IMG/VR virus record: IMGVR_UViG_3300038334_000010
Location: 1 to 59,341 of that record
From: a virus
Lineage: Duplodnaviria; Caudoviricetes
Strand: one strand, 5' to 3'
DNA: 59,341 nucleotides
How positions within the stretch are numbered: the stretch's first letter is position 1; every line of letters begins with the position of its first letter. Both the position numbers and the translations under genes were made by a program. Positions 29,901-40,368 of the stretch are shown piece after piece. The notes beneath the pieces were generated by a model, which worked only from the letters and a program-made list of their open reading frames with translations, did no database searches and was not told the origin of the DNA.

Positions 29901-30489
29901 GCAACCGGCTCACTTCAGATTTGCGACTGGCACAATCACTGAGCAATTCCGACTAAATGACATGCTCATCCTGCCAAGCGGGCAAATACTCACTTGCGGT
30001 TTCTGGACTAATTTCCCGTGGCGAGTCGGAGAGAGTGGGACGCTACAGCGTGGTGGTGTAGCTCGTATAAATACTGACGGCAGCGTAGATCAGACTTTCT
30101 TTGCCAATGGTTCATGGAAAAGCACCAGCGCAAGCTCGGCTTCTCCAAAGCGGCTTGGTGTAGATTCCAGCGGTAATATATGGGTAGCTGGCGGAATGCG
30201 TGAAACTAGCCCGCCAATTAACGACGGGCTTACGAGAATGACATCAAGCGGCTCAGCGGTAGCTGGATTTACTGCGCCAACAATCCGTACGTCTGGCGCG
30301 TTCAAGACTCCTGTCACTGGCCTTGTGGCCTTGGATAATGGTGGGTGTATCATCGCAGCTACGAGTATGGCAACATACAACGGCGCTTCTGTGCAGCCGA
30401 TAGTCAAGGTGCTGCCAGACGGATCGCGTGACGCAACATTTACAGCATCTGCAACAGGAACCAACTTCTTTTCGGTCGGACTGCTGTGA
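26956..30489 (+). CDS. Delta-60-repeat (DUF5122-like beta-propeller) protein with Ig-like linker; likely receptor binding
   Basis: Many RLNADGTLDSGF / QPDNKVLIGG repeats; GGNPPYTLSVVSGAIPAGL Ig-like segment. Confidence 0.85.
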   Translation: MSHWKDIVGASESADVSAFAPVMYVAGAFTKVGAMRGPLARVDSSGTTSLTYSIDSAASTNTVTNIASAGGDQVFIASDFGSDGWLKKLLPSGEIDSGFNASVASSFNSITAIGSGKHFVVSGFSSLSSMLNADGSADGAYSHAALAAAVGSEFMVSAAPAGQVYVSGRIGGTTPALVRLLSTGAVDPSFSATLPAGLSLIAATLSLASGKVLVAAGNASQQLVIFRLTATGASDGTFSYVNPPSTLFWPSATMIEQAGGKIVLANLSSKNGNPDSTIRIQADGAYDGTFVLSGTGMTTAAMIAVRADGKMLFKRSTTFGVVQINADGSPDATFAEVAAVASTLAAVGATGNVVLTAGRFDTIGGASRSGALRTTASGILDPLFIDPMPSYAFGPRIERIQPLENGSVMVVGDFSQIDGLPRNHVARLFSVGSVDPAFPNIAFGASAGFPFGQDILIEPDGRMIVSGFWNSVAGVGRSNVARLSANGVLETDFVPHATNGAVHKVFRNADGTFIIGGEFTTLNGVSSRGLGKLAADGTRDASYTAHAIVNDGIDPFVIRDIIQDGTGYIVFGRFRVGAGLSKYAWMRVDATGAFDAGFASSSVSRIDAHKARRLPNGRILVVGNFGAIRLLADGTIDPTHSTSSVVGTLRAISVGSDNLPVIGGDITSVSGKPRLSIAKLNELGQLDTSVGILGAGGVSSPISDIAIAPAPPPVPALSITAPVPLSVDIGTVVNHTYTVLGGNPPYTLSVVSGAIPAGLNISGLSLVGTVTAAETASFDIMATDVLLRTDTVSDSITVTSSVQRLIDGRNANGIGNTGIVSTLMELDGTLVPGYQQTQPSFGAFANVTIIRIKKGPDGKIYLGGAINGKGIVRLNADGTLDSGFSFARSFIDSFGFQSDGKIIAGGSTVVERFNTDGTVDATFTTSAQSGLFNTDRMVAVQPDNKVLIGGGTGVSNEIAVWRFLADGGIDGSWSVPTSLVSGQPAHFRFATGTITEQFRLNDMLILPSGQILTCGFWTNFPWRVGESGTLQRGGVARINTDGSVDQTFFANGSWKSTSASSASPKRLGVDSSGNIWVAGGMRETSPPINDGLTRMTSSGSAVAGFTAPTIRTSGAFKTPVTGLVALDNGGCIIAATSMATYNGASVQPIVKVLPDGSRDATFTASATGTNFFSVGLL

Positions 30490-30499
30490 GGATTGAGGC

Positions 30500-32395
30500 A
30501 TGAGCACCGCATCAAACTTCTGTAGCAACATAAACCTCGACCCAGCGGTTGCTTTCGTAAGTTCTGGTCACGGGACTTTCATTGACCTTGCGCAGCGTTC
30601 GTTCAATTTGGCCAGTTCTCAGGCTAACTCGCTTGGTAATGCGCTAATAAACCCAGTGGCATTCAACGTGTCATTTGATTTTAATGACCAGTTGACACCA
30701 TTCATGCGGCCAGCGCGCCCTGCGTTTGATCTGGCGAAGCTGGATTTCAATACGCCGCCTGCTGTTGCCGAAGCGCCACTGTTTTCGGCGCAACCAGTTG
30801 ACATCATCGCTATCCCGTCAGACGCGCCACAGTCACCATCACTGGCATTTCCTGACCGACCGAACGCACCTACCATTCAGGCACCAACGGCTCCGCCAGC
30901 ACCAGCCAATCTGGTGATCCCGGATGCGCCTGACATGACGCTTCCAGCGCCGCCGACCCTTGCCGAACTAAACATTCCGGCAGTTCCAGATGTGGTACTT
31001 CCACTGTTCGATGGCGAGCGCCCGCAATTCGTTGAGCCGCCGCTGAATGAGAACTGGCATTTCGATCCGACCGCCTATATCAGCGCGCTGGACATCAAGG
31101 TGCGCGACACGGTTTCGGCCATGATTGATGGCGGTACCGCGCTGCCGGACGCTATTGAGCGCGCGCTGTTTGAGCGCGGAGCAAGCCGTATCACGATAGA
31201 CAGCGAGCGTGAAGTGGCGCAGGCAGTTGATGAGTTCGTGTCTCGCGGGTTTCAAGAGCCCAATGGCATTCTGACCAAGCGTATCGCGCGGGTTCGCCAG
31301 GGCGGTCAAGATAAGCGCGCAGAGTTGAACCGCGACCTGACGATACAATTCCACACCCAGCGCATTGAAACGATCAAGTTCGCCGTGCAGCAGGGGCTGG
31401 TCTATGAGCAGGCCCATATCAATCTGCACCTGGAGGAACAGCGGCTGGCTCTTGAGGCCGGCAAGTTCATGCAGGAAACCGCCATCGCGATCTTCAATGC
31501 GCGGGTGAGCGTGTTCAATGCAAAGCTGAACGCCTATCAGACAGACGCACAGGTGCTGACGGCGCGCATCCAAGCGGCACTCGCTGGTATTGAGGTGTTC
31601 AAGGCGCAGATTGACGGTGAGCGCATTCGCGGCGAGATCAACCAGCAGCGCGTGAACCTGTATGTAGCTCAGGTGCAAGGCGTCAATGCGCTTGCCGACG
31701 TGTTCAAAAGTCGAATCGAGGCAGTCAAGGCGCAATCCGAGATTGAGCAGCAGGTGATCGAGCGCTTCCGCGCCGAGGTTCAAGCATTCGGTGATCGCTG
31801 GCGTGCGTTCAGTTCAGAGGTTGAAGGCTATCGCGCAGCCGTTGATGCTGAAGGCAATAAGGCCACCATCTTTGACACGCTGACGCGGGCTTTTGCGACA
31901 CGGGTCACGGCCGCGCAATCGCAGCAGACGGCTATCATTGATAGGGAACGGCTCAGGATTGACCAGCACGGGCAATCGCTCAACGCATGGCGCGGTGATC
32001 TTGACCGGATGCTTGGGTTGCTGCAAGCCGAGCAGCAGCGCGTGTCGGCACAAGGTGCGTCGTTTGACGCTCAGGCGAGGGTATACACGGCGGATGCAGC
32101 CGTTGAGCAGGCCGCTTCGGCGTCGTCAGACCGCTCGTTTGAGCTTGGTTTGGAGCGTGAGAAGGCGCAAACTGAGACACAGCTGAAGGTGGCTGAGATC
32201 AAGATTCAGGAGAACATCCAGTTGCTCAACCTAATGATTGACATTCGCAAGACGCTGGCGCAGGTTATGTCGCAGTTGGCGGCATCGTCAATGTCGGCAG
32301 TGAACTACTCCGCAGGTATAAGTAGCAGCCGCAGCGATTCCACTAGTTGCGGAACGAGTCTATCGTTCAGTGGCGAAGCGGCTGACTTGACATAG
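30500..32395 (+). CDS. Virion/ejection protein
   Basis: Pro-rich N-terminus, long helical region. Confidence 0.7.
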   Translation: MSTASNFCSNINLDPAVAFVSSGHGTFIDLAQRSFNLASSQANSLGNALINPVAFNVSFDFNDQLTPFMRPARPAFDLAKLDFNTPPAVAEAPLFSAQPVDIIAIPSDAPQSPSLAFPDRPNAPTIQAPTAPPAPANLVIPDAPDMTLPAPPTLAELNIPAVPDVVLPLFDGERPQFVEPPLNENWHFDPTAYISALDIKVRDTVSAMIDGGTALPDAIERALFERGASRITIDSEREVAQAVDEFVSRGFQEPNGILTKRIARVRQGGQDKRAELNRDLTIQFHTQRIETIKFAVQQGLVYEQAHINLHLEEQRLALEAGKFMQETAIAIFNARVSVFNAKLNAYQTDAQVLTARIQAALAGIEVFKAQIDGERIRGEINQQRVNLYVAQVQGVNALADVFKSRIEAVKAQSEIEQQVIERFRAEVQAFGDRWRAFSSEVEGYRAAVDAEGNKATIFDTLTRAFATRVTAAQSQQTAIIDRERLRIDQHGQSLNAWRGDLDRMLGLLQAEQQRVSAQGASFDAQARVYTADAAVEQAASASSDRSFELGLEREKAQTETQLKVAEIKIQENIQLLNLMIDIRKTLAQVMSQLAASSMSAVNYSAGISSSRSDSTSCGTSLSFSGEAADLT

Positions 32396-32404
32396 GAGAT
32401 TGAG

Positions 32405-34018
32405 ATGCAAGCGAAGCCACCGATCTTTATAGACGAGCAGGGCAGGGCCACGGTTACTAACCCAGCGCGCACGCAGCTTGTACCAACAAGCTCCGCACAG
32501 CGACTTTCGTCAAGTCGTGGGCTTGTCCCAATTGGTAGCGCAACGCCGGTTGAACAATTCACGAAAGAGCAGATCCGTGCGGCGCGCGCTGCCACGGATG
32601 CGCGCTTGGCCCCGCTTTCCGGCGCATCAACGCAGGGCGCAGCGCCATCAGCATCGGCGAGTCCGGCTTCAGCAACGCCAAACCAGCAGCCGGTCAAGCC
32701 ATCGGTGCTCAATAGGCTTTCCAGCGCAATTAGGGATAATCCGAGGAAAGCTATCGGTGGCACTGTGCTGTCTACTGCCTTGGAAGCCCCGACTGTGCTT
32801 GATGCGTTTCAGCGTGGAGGCGCGGTAGAAGGGCTTAAGCAAGTTGGTCGTTCAGGATTGAAAGTTGCCGGTGGTATTGGGGGCGGTGCATTGGGATTGC
32901 TTGCCCCACCAGGCGCGCAGATTGCTACTATCCCAGCATTGTCTGTGGCTGGCAACGCTGCTGGTAAAGCGGTCGGAAACTTTGTGTTTGGGGAAGGTCT
33001 TGTCGATGGCAGAACGGAATCTGGCCCGTCGAAGTTGGCGCAAGCAGTGCGAACAGCTGCTGCTGCCGACTTTTCTGGCAGAGCCCGCCCAGGAGGTACT
33101 ACGACAAGTATTCTTCCAGAGTTTCTTGGCGGTAATAATCAGCCAAGGGCCATTCCTGCGCAAAGCATTACATCGCCCATTGGTACTACAGGGCCGACAA
33201 GCCGTGGGAGTGCGCGCCGGACAGCAGGTGGGAGCGCGCAGGCTGGGCAATCGCCTTCGGAAGTGCTTAGCACATTCACAGGTTCGGACAGGAGAACACA
33301 GGCCATCACGCGGTCAAGGGCAAACGATCTGGCAGCGCAGTTGCCTACGGTATCAATTACTGCTGGCGGCGATACCGCCGCGCGCCAGCAAAATGGCAGA
33401 GCCGCACAGTTTCAGGCGCGCAGACCATCTGCGTCAGGGCTGAGTTCCGTAAGCCGCCAGATTGACGCGACGATTGCTGGACTTGGCGAGTTGAATATGC
33501 GCTCCAAGCGCGCGCTAGTTGGGCAGCTTTTAGATGCCAAGGCACGGCTTGCGTCAGGGCAGTTCAACACCGAGGCAGGCATTGGAACCAACGATGCATC
33601 CATTGCGCAGCGTCAGGCTGGCGATCTTTTGTCTGCGGATACGTCGTCAACCAATGCTCGGCTAGGCCGTGCTCAAACGGTAGTTGGCGCGGATGGGGCA
33701 TTGCGCACGCTTGATCCGGCAAACCCTGCATCGCTGACGCCAGTTACTGATGCTGCTGGAAATCCGATATTTACTCCGCAACGGAGTTCGGCCGATCCGC
33801 AGGCAAAGTTCCAGAATGATGCTTTGCTGAAGCTGATCCAAGGGCAGGCCAACCAGATTGGCGGAGACGGCATAAATGAGCAGCAGCTTCAGGAACAGCT
33901 TGACGCGATCAAGCGGCTCAGTTCTGGCGGCGGTGCGGGATTGCAGCAAATAGGGACGGACTCAAAAACGGGGAACCCCGTATTCCGTGATGCCAATGGT
34001 AATTTGGTGACTAAGTAA
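32405..34018 (+). CDS. Putative DNA ejection protein
   Basis: AGGAG RBS; Ala/Gly/Gln-rich with Gly-zipper hydrophobic segment. Confidence 0.65.
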   Translation: MQAKPPIFIDEQGRATVTNPARTQLVPTSSAQRLSSSRGLVPIGSATPVEQFTKEQIRAARAATDARLAPLSGASTQGAAPSASASPASATPNQQPVKPSVLNRLSSAIRDNPRKAIGGTVLSTALEAPTVLDAFQRGGAVEGLKQVGRSGLKVAGGIGGGALGLLAPPGAQIATIPALSVAGNAAGKAVGNFVFGEGLVDGRTESGPSKLAQAVRTAAAADFSGRARPGGTTTSILPEFLGGNNQPRAIPAQSITSPIGTTGPTSRGSARRTAGGSAQAGQSPSEVLSTFTGSDRRTQAITRSRANDLAAQLPTVSITAGGDTAARQQNGRAAQFQARRPSASGLSSVSRQIDATIAGLGELNMRSKRALVGQLLDAKARLASGQFNTEAGIGTNDASIAQRQAGDLLSADTSSTNARLGRAQTVVGADGALRTLDPANPASLTPVTDAAGNPIFTPQRSSADPQAKFQNDALLKLIQGQANQIGGDGINEQQLQEQLDAIKRLSSGGGAGLQQIGTDSKTGNPVFRDANGNLVTK

Positions 34019-37000
34019 TGCTCAAACCATTTACGGGGAAGCTTACCCTTAACCCTGATGGCAGGCCGATTCCTGTTGCCGAGCAGTTGGCTGCGCCAGT
34101 GGCTGTGCAACAGCAGCCGGTTGAGCCGCAAGGCCGAACGCTTGGCAGAACACTCGCCGATCTTGGACTGGGCGCTGCGTCTGGTACGGTCGGACTTGTT
34201 GGCGATGTGGCGCAAGCCGCGAATACGGTAAGCGGTGGTGCGATTGACCGGCTGATAGCGCCGGCCGAGCGAGCCGTTACCGGGCGGCCAGCGACAGGCA
34301 TTGCCCAATTGCAGCAATCTGCGCGGCAGTTTGTCAATTCAGGGTTGAGTGCAGATATTACCGCGCGCCAGCAGAACCTTCAGCAGCAGACTGGGTTTGT
34401 TGCACCAGCAGCGACACTGTTATCCGATCCAGGACTAGCTGGGCAATTCTTGGCTGAGCAGGTTCCTATCCTGCTAGCGCTTGGCAAAACGTCGCGTAGC
34501 GCCGCACGTAGCGGGCGTTCTGCCTCGTTGGAGAACACTGCAAAGATCACTGCGCAGCGCCCAGTTCGTGCCGGAGCGGCTGAACGACTGGCAGAACGTG
34601 CTGCTGAAAAGTCATCGCAGCAATCTGTTATTGCCGCGAGTTCTGTGCTTGGCGGCGGGTCAGCGGCCAATCAGGCGAGTCAGGAAGTCGAAGCGCTGCC
34701 GATTGAGACATTGCGTGCTAATCCAGAGTTCGCGGCGCGCGCTGCAATTGTTGGCGAGGACAAGGCGAGAGCCGAATTGGCGCAAGGTGCTGCACTCAGG
34801 GCGCTGGCCATTGCAGCACCATCTTCAGCAGTAGCAAGTAGGATTGCTGCGCCGTTTGAGTCAAAACTGTTCCGTGGGCAGTTGGGTGGCGGCGGGTTGA
34901 AGGAACGGCTGCGGACCATTGGAACCGGCGTGGCGCGAGAGGTGACCGAGGAAACCTTGCAGGAAGGCTCGGAGCAGTTGGCTCAGAACATTGGCGTACA
35001 GTCCGCCGACCCAACGGTTGGCACATTCCGTGGCGTTCCAGAAGCGGCTAGCATCGGCGGTGCGCTTGGCGCGCTATTTGGTGCTGGTGGCGGGGCATTT
35101 GGCGGGGCTGTAAGGTCGGATGCAGTAGCGCCGCAAGACCCGGCGAGTGACCCTGCTGCCCCAGACCCTGCCATTGATCCGGCTGTTCAGGCGCCAGATG
35201 CAGGACTGACTGCCCAGCCGGTAGACATTGCCCAGCAACCTTCCGATAATGCAACACAGCAGGACGACAGCGCGGCGCAGCAGGTTGTGCAGGAACCGGC
35301 CAAAGCACCGCTGGAAGCCGCTGCGGATATTGCTACAGGTCTTGCCGAAGTTGACGCATCGTCAGGCGCTGGCCCGGCTGCAAGGGCGTTTGTTGATGCG
35401 CAAAACAAAGAAGTCGCACGTGGCGGAGATTTGGTCGAGAAGGCCGCTCAGGCGCAGATCAAAGCTGCTAGCGATGAAGCATTGAAAGCCGCCAAAAAGG
35501 CGGATACCCAATCTGCGCAGGTCGCAGCACTTGGTGAAAAAGCAGGCGCCCCTCCCACGCCGGCAAAAGCCACGAGCGCGCCTGCGCAGACCTCTAATCC
35601 GGCGACGGATGCGGCTGTATCGGCGCAGGATCAGTCTGCGCAACAGGCAGCACCAGCGCTTCCTGTTGGGGAAGTTCGCAAAGTAGGCAAGTCCAGCATC
35701 ACATTGACGCCGATTGCGAGTGATCCAATTGTTGCTACCGAGCTTACATCAAAGGGATCGTTGGCAATTCTGCGAGCAGCCACTTCACCGACTGGCGCAG
35801 AGGTAAATGCAATCGCGCAAAACAACGTGAACGCGCCGACAGGTGCAATAGGTGGCAGCGGCGTCAGGATCAATTTGCGAGGCCAATCGGTTTCAGCGAC
35901 GCAGATTCCAACAACAACGGATGTCCGGCAGTTCGGCGTGAACTTCGTCGGGCCGCAGTCCATTGAGTCCGTGGTAGTGGCCAGTGGCGTTCGCTTGGTG
36001 CCAGCAGCGCGCAAGATTCTGACGGACTCGTTCACCGCGACGGTTAACCAGAACGGATCGACTGTCTACACGCCAAAAGCTGCGCCACCGGCTAGTGCGC
36101 CTGCTTCGGTGGGCGCTGAAGTTGCGCAGGCTAATACGGCGCCACAGCCGGTAGTTCAGGCGTCGCCATCGCAGCCATCTGTAGTTCAAGCAGCGCCAGC
36201 AGCGGCGCAGCCAGTGAAGAATACGCCAGCGGCGCGTAAGGCAGCGAGGATAGCAGCTGAGCAGAATGTGACGATTGCATCAAACAACGATCAAACAAAT
36301 GTCGCCAGTGCAAACAATGTGTTGTCCGGCAGGTCGGCGAGTTCAGCCAATCCCAATCAAGAAACGGTCGCTATCCAGAATACGGCTAGCAAGTCGGCTG
36401 TCCGTCGCGTTGCGGCATCACAGGGGAAAACGCAGGCTTCCGTTGCGCCGAATACTACTGCGACGGCAAATACTGCTGTGCAGCAGAAAGCCGCAGCGGC
36501 GGCAACTTCCGCAGATACAGCAACTGTGCCTACGGAAAAACGGAAAGCACGTACTGCGGCTACGCCAGTTGTCAAGGATTCCTTGACAACTGCGAAAAAG
36601 GCAAAGGCGGCTCCGAAGGCCAAAGCTAAGAAGAAAACCATTGCCAAAACTCCGGGAGCCAAGACCGCCACAGTAGAGGCGACCGCCAAAATACCGGCTA
36701 CCGCCAAGGCCGCCAAGTTGCCGAAGGCCAAGACCGTAGCCGAAAAGGTTGCAGATAGCGTCACACCGCCACAAGCGCCTACGCGGACTCAGGGAGCGTC
36801 AATCGCTGATCCAGGCGTTAAGGTGGCGCCTTCCAACGCGGCCGCCTTGAACGAGCATATCGCGCGGATTGTTTCGCAGTGGCGTGGTGACGTGCCCAGC
36901 GTGAAGGTTATTCAGTCTGTAACGGATTTGCCGCTCAGAGCGCAGAGGGGAAACGAGTTCAACAGGGCCGAAGGCTGGTATGACGGAGCTACGATCTATC

Positions 37001-40000
37001 TGGTTGCCGACAACATTCCTACCGCGCTGCGTGCCGAGCAGGTTCTGGCCCACGAAGCCTTTGGCCACTTTGGCGTAGATGGCGTGTTCGGCCGAGCCGA
37101 ATGGGACGGGATCATTGCTCAGGTTGGCAAGATTCGTTCTGGCGAAGCCGTGGCTTCAGGACCGCTACAATCCGCCTTGCAAGCGACCCGCAGACGCTAC
37201 CCGAACGCGAGTCGTGAAACCTTCGCCCGAGAGTTCATCGCTGTCATGGCCGAACGTAACCTGCGAGCCAGCCCATTTGGACGTGTGCTTGCGGCCGTTC
37301 GTGCATTCCTGAGATTCCTTGGCTTCAAGCCCGATTCGTGGGCTGAAGCAGATTTGCGATCTGTCGTTTCCGAAGGAATGCGTAGGGTCCAGAATGCCCA
37401 GAAGGTCCGTGTTGCCACAGTGAACGCAGCAACCGAAGGCGCGTTTTCCGTGATGGACCCGAACGTGGCGTTCAACACGCTGGCTGATGCGCTCGCCCCA
37501 GAACAAGGAATTGTCCGGCGTGTGCTGAACAAGGCATCCGATCTGGCGGCTGTTGGGCTCAAGGCGCTCACGCTTCGCCAGTTGGTTGAGATTGCGTCAG
37601 ACCGCCTGTTGCCAAACGCAAAGCGCTACCAGCGCGCCGTGGATGACATGAAGGTGAGGCGAATCTCATTGCAGAACAAACCTGCCGAATTGGTCAAACG
37701 GTTCGCCGACATGCAATCAGACGCCTATCGGAAGATGCGACAGCAGGGCAAGCAGTTGTCCGACGCTGATGTTATGGCGAACGTAGCCCATGACGCAACG
37801 ATTGCTGGCGCCGATCCAGCTGAAGCGTTTGTAGCTGGCGTGGTGTCGTTGGAGCACGACGGGGCAAAGATCGATGTGACGCCGGAGGCTGTTGGCAAGG
37901 CTGTGTCAGACCTAAAGGCGTTGCTGGAAGACAAGGCTATAGAGGCAGAACGCATCCCGATCATCAAAAGCGACATCGCCAGACTCAAGGCAGCACTTGC
38001 GGCTGAGCCAAAGCGAATTGAAGACCATGCCGCGCTGGTTCCACGGTTCAATGCGATGCCCAAAGCATGGCAGCAGCTTTACAGGGACGTTCGCGATCAG
38101 TATGCGGCGAGAGCCGACGAAACAATGCAGTCCATACTGGAGCGTATTGACCGAATGGACCTGAGCGATAGGGTCAAAAAAGATACCGCCATCCGAGCGC
38201 GGGCACGATTCGAGTCTGCCCGCATTACCGCGCCATACTTCCCGCTGGCTCGGTTCGGCGAGTATTGGGCCAGTCTGACTTCGCCAGAAGGCGAGGCTCA
38301 TTTCATCATGGCCGAGACGAAGACGGAGCGAGACGCTGAGCTTTCCAAGCTGGCCGCCAAGGGGTTCACATTCAACAAGGCGGGTGTCCATTTGGACTCG
38401 ACATTCGCGGCTGACCAGACGAGCGGCACGTTCGTTGCTGACGTAGTGGCGATGCTGGACAAGAACGGGGTGGACTCCAAGGTTCAGGACGAGGTGTACC
38501 AGATGTTCCTGCGCCACTTGCCAGACCTTTCGGCAAGAAAGTCGTTCATCCATCGCAAGAAGATCGCCGGCTACAGTTCCGACATGCTCAGGGCGTTCGC
38601 TGGGCAGATGAACCATTCGTCGTTTCAGTTGGCGCGTCTTGAGTTCAAGGATCGGCTTGATAGTGCGCTGACTGCGGTAAAGGCAGATGCAAAGGCCGCT
38701 AACGCGCTAGGTGCTGATGATGGCGCGCTGGCAGATAGACTGGTGAACGAGCTGAACCGACGCAATGACTGGGTTCTACACCCGACGCACAACAAGTATG
38801 TGCAGGCCCTGCAAAGCGCAAACTTCGTGTTCTATCTTGGACTTGCTCCTGCGTCAGCCATCGTCAATCTGACGCAGAATGCTTTGGTTACATATCCAGC
38901 TTTGGTTGCTCGGTATGGAGTCGTCCAGGCAACACGGCATATGATGACGGCGTTTTGGTCGTCTGTATCCACAGGCGGAAACATTGACACAACGCAGTTG
39001 AACGCTGACGAACAAGCGGCTATGCAGCAATTAGTGCAGCTTGGCGCACGCGATCAAACACTTGGGCATGACCTTGCCGGAATCGGCGACAATGATACAC
39101 GAGACTTTAACCCGCTCGGAAGCAAGGTGATGCACCTTCTTTCGTTCCTGTTCCACAGGGCTGAGGTAATCAACCGCGAATCGACGGGACTGGCTACATA
39201 CCGGTTAGCGCGTGAGGCTGGCAAGGGACACGATGCAGCAGTGGTAGAGGCAGCAGACACGATTTGGAGTACCCATTTCGACTTCTCAAACGAGAATCGT
39301 GCCGCATTCATGCAGTCCGACGCCGGCAAAGTCATCTTTGCGTTCAAGCAGTACAGCCAAGGCATGACGTACTTCCTTGGGCGGGCAGCATTTCAGTCGA
39401 TAAATGGCGCTACGCCTGAAATAAAGCGTGAGGCGCAACGCAGGATAACTGGCACGCTGTTCATGACCGGCGTGTTCTCAGGCGTGCTTGGGATGCCGAC
39501 TATGAGCGTCATTCTCGGCACCATGAACGCCATGGGGGCCGCATTTGGTGACGATGATGATCCGTTCGATGCAGAAACCGAGGTGAGGAACTTCTTTGCG
39601 GACATGCTTGGATTCGGCGGCAAGCTGATCGGCGGGGCCGAAGGAGAGAAGATTGGTCGGTCGGCCGAGAGCGTGCTGTCTCGCGGCCCCATTGAGGCGC
39701 TCACTGGCATAGGCATTGCCAACCGAACCAGCCTTTCCGAGCTATGGTTCCGCGACCCCAACCGCGAACTGGAAGGACGTGCGCTTGGCGACCACATCAT
39801 GGAGCAGGTTGCTGGGCCTATCGGTGCGATTGCCTTAAACCTGTTTCAGTCCGCAAGCACGATCCACGAAGGACTAGATACTGGCAACAACGGAATGATG
39901 CTCCGTGGGCTTGAGTCAGCAATGCCGACGGCCGTCAAGTCGGCCATGAAGGCTCTCCGGTTTGGAGTAGATGGGGCCAATACGCTGCGTGGTGATCCGC

Positions 40001-40368
40001 TGATCGACGACGTGAACTGGCGTGAGGTCCTTTTCCAGTTCACTGGATTCTCACCAGCCCGCATCAACGCCATCTACGACGTTAACAACGCCAAGAAGAA
40101 CGTTGAGGAATCGCTAATCAAGCGCAAGTCAACGCTGATAGACGCCTACGCACTGACACTCAAGTTCAAGGACAGGGATGGCCAGCGCAATGTTGTCGAG
40201 AAGATCAAGAAGTTCAACGCCACCAATCCGACCATCGCAATCACTATGTCTACGATCCGCCGTGCTATGACTTCGAGGCAGAACTTCTCCGAGCGGGCTT
40301 CGGGAGGTGTGGTTGTAAACCCTCGTCTTCAAGGGCGTATTGACGATAAAGTGCGTTTTGGGCAGTGA
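34018..40368 (+). CDS. Giant ejection/polyvalent protein with PLxRFG domain
   Basis: EETLQEGSEQ ejection-type motif, LAHEAFGH zincin-like motif, YFPLARFGEY, FAFKQY. Confidence 0.85.
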   Translation: MLKPFTGKLTLNPDGRPIPVAEQLAAPVAVQQQPVEPQGRTLGRTLADLGLGAASGTVGLVGDVAQAANTVSGGAIDRLIAPAERAVTGRPATGIAQLQQSARQFVNSGLSADITARQQNLQQQTGFVAPAATLLSDPGLAGQFLAEQVPILLALGKTSRSAARSGRSASLENTAKITAQRPVRAGAAERLAERAAEKSSQQSVIAASSVLGGGSAANQASQEVEALPIETLRANPEFAARAAIVGEDKARAELAQGAALRALAIAAPSSAVASRIAAPFESKLFRGQLGGGGLKERLRTIGTGVAREVTEETLQEGSEQLAQNIGVQSADPTVGTFRGVPEAASIGGALGALFGAGGGAFGGAVRSDAVAPQDPASDPAAPDPAIDPAVQAPDAGLTAQPVDIAQQPSDNATQQDDSAAQQVVQEPAKAPLEAAADIATGLAEVDASSGAGPAARAFVDAQNKEVARGGDLVEKAAQAQIKAASDEALKAAKKADTQSAQVAALGEKAGAPPTPAKATSAPAQTSNPATDAAVSAQDQSAQQAAPALPVGEVRKVGKSSITLTPIASDPIVATELTSKGSLAILRAATSPTGAEVNAIAQNNVNAPTGAIGGSGVRINLRGQSVSATQIPTTTDVRQFGVNFVGPQSIESVVVASGVRLVPAARKILTDSFTATVNQNGSTVYTPKAAPPASAPASVGAEVAQANTAPQPVVQASPSQPSVVQAAPAAAQPVKNTPAARKAARIAAEQNVTIASNNDQTNVASANNVLSGRSASSANPNQETVAIQNTASKSAVRRVAASQGKTQASVAPNTTATANTAVQQKAAAAATSADTATVPTEKRKARTAATPVVKDSLTTAKKAKAAPKAKAKKKTIAKTPGAKTATVEATAKIPATAKAAKLPKAKTVAEKVADSVTPPQAPTRTQGASIADPGVKVAPSNAAALNEHIARIVSQWRGDVPSVKVIQSVTDLPLRAQRGNEFNRAEGWYDGATIYLVADNIPTALRAEQVLAHEAFGHFGVDGVFGRAEWDGIIAQVGKIRSGEAVASGPLQSALQATRRRYPNASRETFAREFIAVMAERNLRASPFGRVLAAVRAFLRFLGFKPDSWAEADLRSVVSEGMRRVQNAQKVRVATVNAATEGAFSVMDPNVAFNTLADALAPEQGIVRRVLNKASDLAAVGLKALTLRQLVEIASDRLLPNAKRYQRAVDDMKVRRISLQNKPAELVKRFADMQSDAYRKMRQQGKQLSDADVMANVAHDATIAGADPAEAFVAGVVSLEHDGAKIDVTPEAVGKAVSDLKALLEDKAIEAERIPIIKSDIARLKAALAAEPKRIEDHAALVPRFNAMPKAWQQLYRDVRDQYAARADETMQSILERIDRMDLSDRVKKDTAIRARARFESARITAPYFPLARFGEYWASLTSPEGEAHFIMAETKTERDAELSKLAAKGFTFNKAGVHLDSTFAADQTSGTFVADVVAMLDKNGVDSKVQDEVYQMFLRHLPDLSARKSFIHRKKIAGYSSDMLRAFAGQMNHSSFQLARLEFKDRLDSALTAVKADAKAANALGADDGALADRLVNELNRRNDWVLHPTHNKYVQALQSANFVFYLGLAPASAIVNLTQNALVTYPALVARYGVVQATRHMMTAFWSSVSTGGNIDTTQLNADEQAAMQQLVQLGARDQTLGHDLAGIGDNDTRDFNPLGSKVMHLLSFLFHRAEVINRESTGLATYRLAREAGKGHDAAVVEAADTIWSTHFDFSNENRAAFMQSDAGKVIFAFKQYSQGMTYFLGRAAFQSINGATPEIKREAQRRITGTLFMTGVFSGVLGMPTMSVILGTMNAMGAAFGDDDDPFDAETEVRNFFADMLGFGGKLIGGAEGEKIGRSAESVLSRGPIEALTGIGIANRTSLSELWFRDPNRELEGRALGDHIMEQVAGPIGAIALNLFQSASTIHEGLDTGNNGMMLRGLESAMPTAVKSAMKALRFGVDGANTLRGDPLIDDVNWREVLFQFTGFSPARINAIYDVNNAKKNVEESLIKRKSTLIDAYALTLKFKDRDGQRNVVEKIKKFNATNPTIAITMSTIRRAMTSRQNFSERASGGVVVNPRLQGRIDDKVRFGQ

